Shown here piece after piece: positions 54,161 to 64,000 of a stretch of 64,000 bases of DNA. The notes under the pieces were generated by a model that saw only the letters and a program-made list of their open reading frames with translations, was not told where the DNA came from and did no database searches. Origin of the DNA: Paraspadella gotoi (taxonomy: Eukaryota > Animalia > Chaetognatha); NCBI GenBank assembly GCA_051294375.1, contig CM119268.1, forward strand, positions 20,891,869 through 20,955,868, written 5' to 3'. Position 1 is the first letter of the stretch. Every line of letters starts with the position of its first letter. The position numbers and the translations under genes are program-made.

Positions 54161-55017
54161 CCGTTGGCCCCAAGTAGAAAATCTCCATGAACGACCCTTA
54201 GTTCTCGGAGGAAAAAAAAGAAAGAAAAGGGAGACGAAGAAAAGAAAGAAAAGTAAAAAGAAAGAAAGAAAAAGGAGATAAAATAAAAAAGAGAGATGAA
54301 GGCTGTACAGAAATGGAACATAAAAAGAAAAGGACAAATGTCAAGCGGAAGAGAAAAAAGAGAAAGANNNNNNNNNNNNNNNNNNNNNNNNNNNNNNNNN
54401 NNNNNNNNNNNNNNNNNNNNNNNNNNNNNNNNNNNNNNNNNNNNNNNNNNNNNNNNNNNNNNNNNNNNNNNNNNNNNNNNNNNNNNNNNNNNNNNNNNNN
54501 NNNNNNNNNNNNNNNNNNNNNNNNNNNNNNNNNNNNNNNNNNNNNNNNNNNNNNNNNNNNNNNNNNNNNNNNNNNNNNNNNNNNNNNNNNNNNNNNNNNN
54601 NNNNNNNNNNNNNNNNNGAGAGAGAGAGACCCCAGTTAAGGTCAGCAAGGAAACAGATATCGACTTATTTTAATGAAAAAGAAGGGGGAAAAAAGGAAAT
54701 AATTTTTTAAATTTGAACAAAATATTGAAAGGGTTTGAATCTTGGAATATTGGAATGTTATGTTATGTAATTTTATATAATGTTATGTTCAATCAATGAT
54801 GTAAATATTACAAACTCAGAGATGGACTGAGTTTGTGGTTGGCGGACTCCGGTATTAATTGACTCGGTGATTGGCGGTCATCTTGCTTGCCAATCACTGA
54901 CTGACTGACTGCTTTTTTTTTTCCAGCTCAGACTTTTCTCTTTCGCTTTCGAAATCTTCGTTCCCTTTTCTTCTTCTTTAAACCCGAATCGTTTTAAGAC
55001 GAGTGTGAGATCGAGAT

Positions 55018-55100
<83 letters not shown>

Positions 55101-55633
55101 TGTCAAAAGGTCGAGAGAGAAACTAGAGGTCAAGAGGGCGACAGAGAAAGAAGGTCAAATGCGAAACGAAGTTGGGAGTGTGACAGGGGTTTTAGGCCAA
55201 AGGTTGTGGGGTTTGAGAACAAATGTTGTAGGGTTTGAGGCCAAAGGCTGTGCCATTTGAGGNNNNNNNNNNNNNNNNNNNNNNNNNNNNNNNNNNNNNN
55301 NNNNNNNNNNNNNNNNNNNNNNNNNNNNNNNNNNNNNNNNNNNNNNNNNNNNNNNNNNNNNNNNNNNNNNNNNNNNNNNNNNNNNNNNNNNNNNNNNNNN
55401 NNNNNNNNNNNNNNNNNNNNNNNNNNNNNNNNNNNNNNNNNNNNNNNNNNNNNNNNNNGAAAAAAGGGTAAAGGAAGTAAAGGAGAAGAGAGGGACCAAT
55501 GATTCAAATTATGGGGACGAGATAATTGATATCGATTAAAAAGTCAGCGAATTTCGAAAGAAAACAGGAATAGATTAAGTTTCTCTAAATAAAAACAGAC
55601 GTTAGCAAAGGACGGATAATTCAAAGGTTATAT

Positions 55634-57681
<2,048 letters not shown>

Positions 57682-57708
57682 NNNNNNNNNNNNNNNNNNN
57701 NNNNNNTG

Positions 57709-59768
57709 GCGAAGGCTAAAATATAATCTGGAAGCTTGACAAAATTATACAAATCTGGATTTGATATCGGATGGAAAAATTTAGTGTAGAAGGACTCTAG
57801 GAGAGAAGCGCTTACTTTTAAAAAAAAAATACGTATGTTAGTTGATCAAAAAAAATTACATATATAAAAAAGTTAGGAAAATGGGACAATTGGCTTGCAG
57901 CTGAGCGATTGGTGGGAAAGTCTTTTATCTAAAGATAAGTTTTCAGAAGAGAAATATTCAAGATTAATCTCTTAAATTAAGATTTTTTAAATATAAAAAT
58001 TAAAAATTAAAATTTGACTTCTGTTTTTTAAATGCGCTTAATTGCATGAGACTGACATGTTAAGGAGGCTGCGAGCGAAAGGAAAAAAAGTGGTCGAAAC
58101 GAAAGAAAAGAGGAAAAGAAAAAATGGGAAAAAGAGGAAAGAGACAATGAAAAAAGAAAGGAAAAATAAAGAAAAGGAAAAAGAAAAAAGGAAGAAAAGA
58201 AAAGAAAAGAAAAGGCGAGTTCATAGTACGCAAGAGACATCGAAGGGAAACTAGAAGCCGAAAAAAATTCATTTCGAATTTTATTGGATAAGGAAATAAA
58301 TCAACAGGCGAGACGCGAGGAGCTGAATGCAAAGCGATTTTTCAGAGAGAGAGAGAGAGATCAGAGAGAGAGAAGAGAGGAAGATGGAGATCGAGAGAAG
58401 ACGAGAGGACGAGAGAGAGACGAGAGAGATTAAATTTGAAAGATTAAATGAAATTAAATGTATAAATAAATGTATTATTCCGATTTTTTTTTAATCCTTT
58501 TATGCTTTAAATATATATAGTTTCTTTTTTTTTCTCAATTCTCTTTAAAACAAAGTTTTTTTTTCTTTGTTGTCGCTCCTTTAATCGATAAAATTTCTCT
58601 CTCTCTCTCTCTCTCTCTCTCACTCACTTCTCTCTTCTCTCTCTCTCTCTTCTATTTTTTTTTTTTTCGCTATTTGATATTTTTCTCCAGTTTGTCCCAA
58701 TGCCCATGTTAAAAAGAAAAATAATTTTTTGCAGAAAAAAAAAATCCATAATCTTCGAAAAATAGTATTTGCTTTCGAACTAACGGTTCAACCCTTATTT
58801 CTCTTCAAAAATATATATAAGAAGAAATACTAGATTATATGAATTAATCCCCAGTTAAGCTTTAGATAGTCTTCATTCAAATGAATTTGATCATTCTTCT
58901 ATTTTTTTCACGTTTCTCGTGATCCTATTATTATATAATCTTGAGTTTAATCATAGTTTCATTCTTTCCATGTTTTCCCTCTCAATGCTCTTGGCCTCCT
59001 TGATTTTCCGATCTTTCCCTCTGCATCCCCGATTACATTTTCTTCTCCCTTTAAAATCCATTTTTTCCTTGGTTTTTATTTGGCCGTCTGACTCTCTCTC
59101 CCTTCGGCGCCAAACTTTGAGCGGAAAACAAACGCTTAAAAAATCTCTCTCTCTCTCTCTCTCTTGCTCTCTCTTCTCTCCTCTCTCTCTCTCTCTCTCC
59201 TCTCTCTCTCCTCCTCTCTCTTCTCTCTTTCCTGTATTGATGCCATTACTTTTAACGATCGGATTTTGTTGCTTTTCTCCATGTTTTTATATCGAAATCG
59301 TAAATTGCCGTTCAGTTTGAAAGTTCGAAAGAAAAAAAGAAAGAAAGAAAAAAAAAAGACAGGGAAAGAAAGAAAGAAAAGAAAGAAAGAAAGAAGAAAG
59401 AAAGAAAGAAAGAAAAGAAGAAAGAAAAGAGAAGAAAGATTAGAAAGCAAATAGAAAGAAAGGAAAGGATAGAAAGAAAATAATATCAAAGATTTTTGTT
59501 TTTTTTCAAATTGGTCAATATGAACAAGGGAGATGAAAACGTGAACGAAGTCGAGAAGAAATAATTCCGACAAAAAAGAAATGTGATGAAAAGTCATTGT
59601 TATTGTGTTTGTTGTTGTTGTCTGTTCTCGCCCACATAAAGGTAAAATTATTATGTTTCTTAGTATTACAATATCATCGTCATGACAACGAGTACAATAC
59701 TTCGCACAAACTGAAAGGACAACAATAAGGTCAACGACAACACAACGACAACGACGACAACGACAACG

Positions 59769-59800
<32 letters not shown>

Positions 59801-59913
59801 AACGACCAAACCGACGTTTACGAACAAGAAAAAACGTTTAAAAACCGAATTAGAGGAAAAAACGTCTCGTAGGAACGCGTGAAAGAGGAGTAGTAGAAAC
59901 TAGAAAGCCAAAG
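57709..59913 (+). repeat. 2-kb direct duplication, noisy copy after a 25-N gap
   Basis: Collinear, with homopolymer insertions; ~58320-58595 spans what is N in the first copy. Confidence 0.92.
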
Positions 59914-60744
59914 AAAAATTGGTGAGAGAGAAGAGAGAGAGAGAGAGAGAAGAAGAGAGAAGAGAGAGAGAAGAGAAGAGAGAGAGAGAGAGAGAGAGAG
60001 GAAGAGAGAGAGGAGAGTGAGAGAGAGAGTGAACACGGGGACAATTTTCCCAAAACAACTGCTCTTGTTACGTGTGAAAGCAATAAAAACCGAATAAAGG
60101 ATCCTTATTTCTTTTTTATTGTCGAATAAAAAAAAGGAAGAAAAAAGGAGGAAAAAAAGGAAAAATACGGGAGTCTCGTTCGCATGTTTAGGGGCCATTA
60201 ACGCCATGTCATTTTGGGGCCTCAATCTAAGAAAAAGAAAAAACGAGATTGAGACAGAGAGAGACAAGGAAGGAAGGTAATATGAGAGAAAGAGAGAGAG
60301 CGAGACAGAGAGAGGAGTGAGAGGAGAAGCAAGGAGGGAGAGAGATGAGGAGGGAGAGAGAGAGAGAGAGAGATTTTGACCAATGGACCTCAAAATGGAA
60401 AAATTGATTTCGCGAGAAGAAAATTTATGATTCTGATTAAGAATCATTTGAGCAGCAAATTATTACAAATGAAAAAAAGTACAAGAAAAAAAGGAAAATT
60501 ATTAGTTTTTTTGCAGAGGGAGAAAAAAAAAGGAATAATAAAAAAATAAATAGAAAGACGAAAATATAAATTATAAATATAAATTATAACGTAGGTTGGA
60601 TTGGCGACTGAGGTGACAACGACAACGAATACGACAACGAATACGACGACGATTATATCCAAGCTCTTTTGGGCCATATTTTCCCAGAACGCCCCAGTTT
60701 TTTAAATATGAAATTAGATTAATTTTTTTTGTAGTTTAGATTGA

Positions 60745-60915
60745 AAGTTAAGGTTTGAGTATAGGTTAGAGATTAAATTAATAATTAAGGTTAGGGATTA
60801 GGTTAATAATTAGGGTTAGGGATTAGGGTTAAGGATTAGGGTTTGGAACTAGGGTTTAAAGTTAAGGGTTAGGGTTTAAAATTAGGGTTAGGTTAAGGTT
60901 TGGGATTAGGATTAG
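60745..60915 (+). repeat. Degenerate interstitial (TTAGGG/TTAAGG/GGATTA)n hexamer tract
   Basis: Multiple ttaggg hexamers mixed with variants. Confidence 0.8.
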
Positions 60916-61049
60916 TGATTGTGTTCTAAATTTAATAATATGTGTAAGTTTATCCGACAAAAAGTAACAGAAATGGGGTGCTCTGAGAAAAAAGAGCCCC
61001 TCTGGCCACGGGAGGTATGATACCCAAGGGTCGGAGTATCTCATAAAAG

Positions 61050-61210
61050 TTAAAAAAGTATGCAAGTCAAAACAATTATGCAAGTTGAAAAAATAATGCA
61101 AGTTGAAAACATGATGCAAGCTAAAAAATAATGCAAGCTAAAAAAATGATGCAAGCTGAAAAAATAATAAAAGTTGAAAAAATGAAAAAGTTAAAAAATG
61201 ATGCAGATTT
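61050..61210. repeat. ~19-bp repeat (ATGCAAGTTGAAAAAATR), reverse complement of 21707-21780
   Basis: atgatgcaagttgaaaa units here vs ttttcaacttgcatcat-type units at 21.7 kb. Confidence 0.78.
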
Positions 61211-61408
61211 AAAAAAAATATTATTAGTGCTGCAGTAACAGTTCAGTTTAAGCCCTTGAAAGCGATTCACATGTATTGGCGCAGCCTCTGGTAAGCTTAA
61301 AGTTTGTTTTAACGCTAAAGTCTACTATAAATCAACTTTAGTATTTTAGTATGATATTAGTATGCATTTAATTTTTCAGGAAAAGGCCCCTAAACTGTGA
61401 CCGATGCT

Positions 61409-61463
61409 CCCCTGCGTCCCTGCGTCCCTGCGTCCCTGCGTCCCTGCGTCCATGCGTCCCTGC
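61409..61463. repeat. (CCCTGCGT)n 8-mer repeat
   Basis: About 6-7 copies. Confidence 0.9.
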
Positions 61464-61511
61464 TCCATCAACCCCAGCCGCACTTTTCTCATTGACATTC
61501 TTGACGAATGA

Positions 61512-61544
<33 letters not shown>

Positions 61545-61627
61545 AATCGAGGACTGCTAAAATGTGTGGAAAACAAGTGAAGCGATGAAATCTGAGTTAT
61601 TGGATGCACTGAAAGGGAATCGTGAGG

Positions 61628-61912
61628 TCGACGACGACAATGGCGACGATGATGACGACGACGACGACGACGAGGAAAATGAGGACGATGAAAACGATGA
61701 CGATGAAGACGATGACAATTATGACGATGATGACGATGACAATGAAAATGAAGACGACGACAATGATGATGATGAAGACAACGACAATTATGACGATGAT
61801 GACGACGACGACGACGAAAATAAGGACGACGACGACAATCAAGACGACGACCAAAACGACCATGGCGTCGACGACGATGACGACGAAAACGACAATGATT
61901 ACATCGACTACA
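61628..61912. repeat. Degenerate (GAY/AAY)n trinucleotide tract
   Basis: Open in multiple frames on both strands (D-rich, T/M-rich, V/I-rich). Confidence 0.85.
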
Positions 61913-62168
61913 GCTCACACTGAAGTTGCCTCCTGAAACAACAACAACTACAACAAATACAACAAGGCCGACGACGTCGAACAAAATAAAAACAATGAAG
62001 TGGAAGACAACAAGAACAACAACAACAACGGCGTCGCAGCTGAGTCTCGAATCGCACACAATTTTCCGCGTTTTTTGATAGAAAGGAGAGAGAAGAAGAA
62101 GTGGAAGGCGAGAGATATGTAGTCGGGCATTGCATAAGTTCAACTATAAGCATGACACCTTCAGTCGT

Positions 62169-62400
62169 GACCCGGTGCCTCATTGAGTAAAGCCATCAGC
62201 TCAAAACCATTAGGTACCGGGTTCAATCCCAACCCGGTACCTACCCAGCGGGAAGCGTGAGAACGGCCGTAAACCGCTTTGGAGGCGTGGAAAACCCTCA
62301 AGCCTTGTTCCAAATTCAGGACCCGTTCCATGGCTGATGAGCGGGCATGGAAGTTACGGATAGTAGTCTTCTCTCCACTTAACACCTTATCCGCAGATAA

Positions 62401-62453
<53 letters not shown>
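62169..62453 (+). mobile_element. tRNA-derived SINE-like element: tRNA-like head, unique body, 3' stem-loop, (GA)n tail
   Basis: Taking G1=62169: A-box-like TGCCTCATTGAG starts at position 8 (62176), loop C-T-CAA-A-A at 32-38 (62200-62206), B box GGTTCAATCCC at 52-62 (62220-62230), and the acceptor stem GACCCGG/CCGGTAC pairs 5 of 7. 3' hairpin CCTTATC-cgca-GATAAAGG (62385-62403) runs directly into (GA)n. D and anticodon stems are broken, so it is not a functional tRNA. Confidence 0.78.
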
Positions 62454-62459
<6 letters not shown>

Positions 62460-63300
62460 TGTAGGTATGAAAAGGAAAGGAAAAAACAATGGGTAAAAAG
62501 GATCACAGGTTTTGAAAAGAGAGTCTAGTACAAAAATGATAATTAGTTAATGACGCAATTTAAATTTGATTTAATATTTAAATTTACGTAATATATATTC
62601 ATATCAAAGTTATAAAACTCCTTTCTAGCATTGTTAAGTTTTAACTAAGGTTCTTTTCATTCCATTGTTTTCATTCAAACTCGTTCTCAATGAACCACTG
62701 TTTGTGTAAGAGAGGAAATTTTGCATTCAACCGAAAATGAGAATGACCTCATTAATCTCATTTGCATATTGTCGTGTTGACATTGACATGTGATAAATTA
62801 TATTCCTATGTCATTTCATGGTCTCGAATCATCAATTCACTCTTGTCATTAGTGTACCAATTGATTATAGAGTTTGGAAAATTTTTTAATATTATTAATA
62901 CTTACTTATTGGGTTAAGAATTATGTTCGATACTTTATATAGTTTATTAGTTTGAAAAAATACTTTGAATTATACTTTAAAAATTTATTTAAACATTCTA
63001 AAATACATCTTCCCATAGGTCTTTTACAGTCTTTTACATTGTTACTATTTATGATTATGTCAATACTGTTATTGGTATGAATAAAAAAAAAAAAAATCTT
63101 CCCATAGGTCACCGACACAGCTAAGCTTAAGAGTTAAGACTTTAGCTAGAAAGATGCGAGTGGTCTGTGACTGCCAGTTTGCATCTCTTCTCAGTAAGTG
63201 AGTTAATTGGTGTGTTATAAAGAGATATTATTTAAGCTAAGTATATATATATTCCCAGATTCCCCTCTTACATTTCTCCTGCTCCAACATCTAACAAATC

Positions 63301-63336
<36 letters not shown>

Positions 63337-63361
63337 TTTTCTTCTCATGTCTTCTCTTTCG

Positions 63362-63414
<53 letters not shown>

Positions 63415-63553
63415 CTCAGCCACGGTTTTCCGCTTCCCCGATTCATGTGTAGATTTTACTGTAAACTCTCAAAAGGATTTGTAACGATTTATTTCCGTCA
63501 TAAAGGACCTGACCGGTAATTGACCGTCGCGGATTCGGACGAGAGAAAAAATG

Positions 63554-63600
<47 letters not shown>

Positions 63601-63690
63601 TTCTAGAACACGTGACCAAGAGTCATTGTCTCGGCAGCCAATCTTCCTCCTTTTTCCTCCTTTTTCTTCCACAGTTTTTCCCTGGTTCCG

Positions 63691-63771
63691 CTCTGCACAC
63701 TCTGCACACTCTACACACTCTGTACACTCTGCACACTCTGCACACTCTGCACACTCTGCACACTCTGTACA
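63691..63771. repeat. 9-bp tandem repeat (CTCTGCACA) x9
   Basis: Direct inspection; source of the CAE/SAH/LHT repeat ORFs. Confidence 0.95.
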
Positions 63772-63809
63772 GCGTCGATCATTCAACGCCTTCGTTCTAT
63801 CGCAAGAAT

Positions 63810-64000
63810 CGTCGGTCGGTCTGTCTGTCAGTCTGTCCGATTTGTCTTTCTCGTTTTGAATAAAAATATATTTCTTCGTCTGTACTGTGACTCTGTTAAT
63901 CCAGTCCAAAAATCTGATGGACTTTTACTTGTTCGTCAATCTGTCTTTCTGTCCCTCAGTCTGCCCGTCTGTCCAACTGTCTGCTGACGGTTGATCGGTC
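63810..64000. repeat. Degenerate (GTCY/GTCG)n tetranucleotide tract, running off the window
   Basis: gtcggtcggtctgtctgtcagtctgtcc and later variants. Confidence 0.65.

Noticed and set aside
53787-54188. Mucin-like Thr-rich or Asp/Tyr-rich biomineralisation protein (also 57357-57614, 61564-61936)
   Set aside because: Degenerate trinucleotide tracts open in several frames on both strands, with no signal peptide or convincing splice sites; cannot be fully excluded without RNA data.
60745-60915. True telomere or chromosome fusion site
   Set aside because: Short, highly degenerate and single orientation, with no head-to-head array.
62169-62241. Functional tRNA-Leu(CAA) or tRNA-Met gene
   Set aside because: D, anticodon and T stems do not pair properly, there is no long variable arm, and no oligo-T terminator follows.
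62326-62352. Hammerhead ribozyme (CTGATGA)
   Set aside because: No correctly placed GAAA after a stem II, and no stem I/III with an NUH site could be built.
63146-63194. Imperfect ~50-nt hairpin (agatgcga.../...ttgcatct) as pre-miRNA
   Set aside because: Short, bulged stem with no recognisable mature sequence.
63469-63909. CxxC-repeat (CAECAEC) metallothionein-like ORF
   Set aside because: Arises from a 9-bp tandem repeat, and the ORF runs through (TC)n and (GACN)n microsatellites.

Overview
Repeat-dense, gene-poor eukaryotic scaffold segment, most likely from a marine invertebrate (inferred from the repeat landscape; no diagnostic gene is present). No intact host protein-coding gene, rRNA, functional tRNA or CRISPR array can be supported, and nearly all ORFs in the track are translations of (GA)n, (GAAA)n, (ACG)n or (GAT)n low-complexity DNA. 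Supportable biology: a decayed CR1-group (L2/Crack/Daphne-type) LINE RT C-terminus (1873-2283); a tRNA-derived SINE-like element with canonical A/B-box spacing, a 3' stem-loop and a (GA)n tail (62169-62453), whose upstream flank is shared with a truncated TG...CA-bounded copy (19627-19769); a DINE-1/HINE-like non-autonomous element with a terminal hairpin (21843-23572); a GC-rich, frameshifted gag/ORF1-like region with zinc-knuckle-like motifs (24991-26290); foldback modules; and many mini/microsatellites. Much of the large-scale structure (A-B-gap-A-B-gap-A at 14.6-40.7 kb, an inverted copy at 47.7-53.1 kb, a tandem copy at 55.6-59.9 kb, degraded sequence at 9.8-13.8 kb) abuts six gaps of exactly 25 N and carries homopolymer indel noise, so it most likely reflects long-read gap-filling artefacts. 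I found no convincing novel system; the best leads are the tRNA-head element with shared upstream flank and the gag-like ORF.
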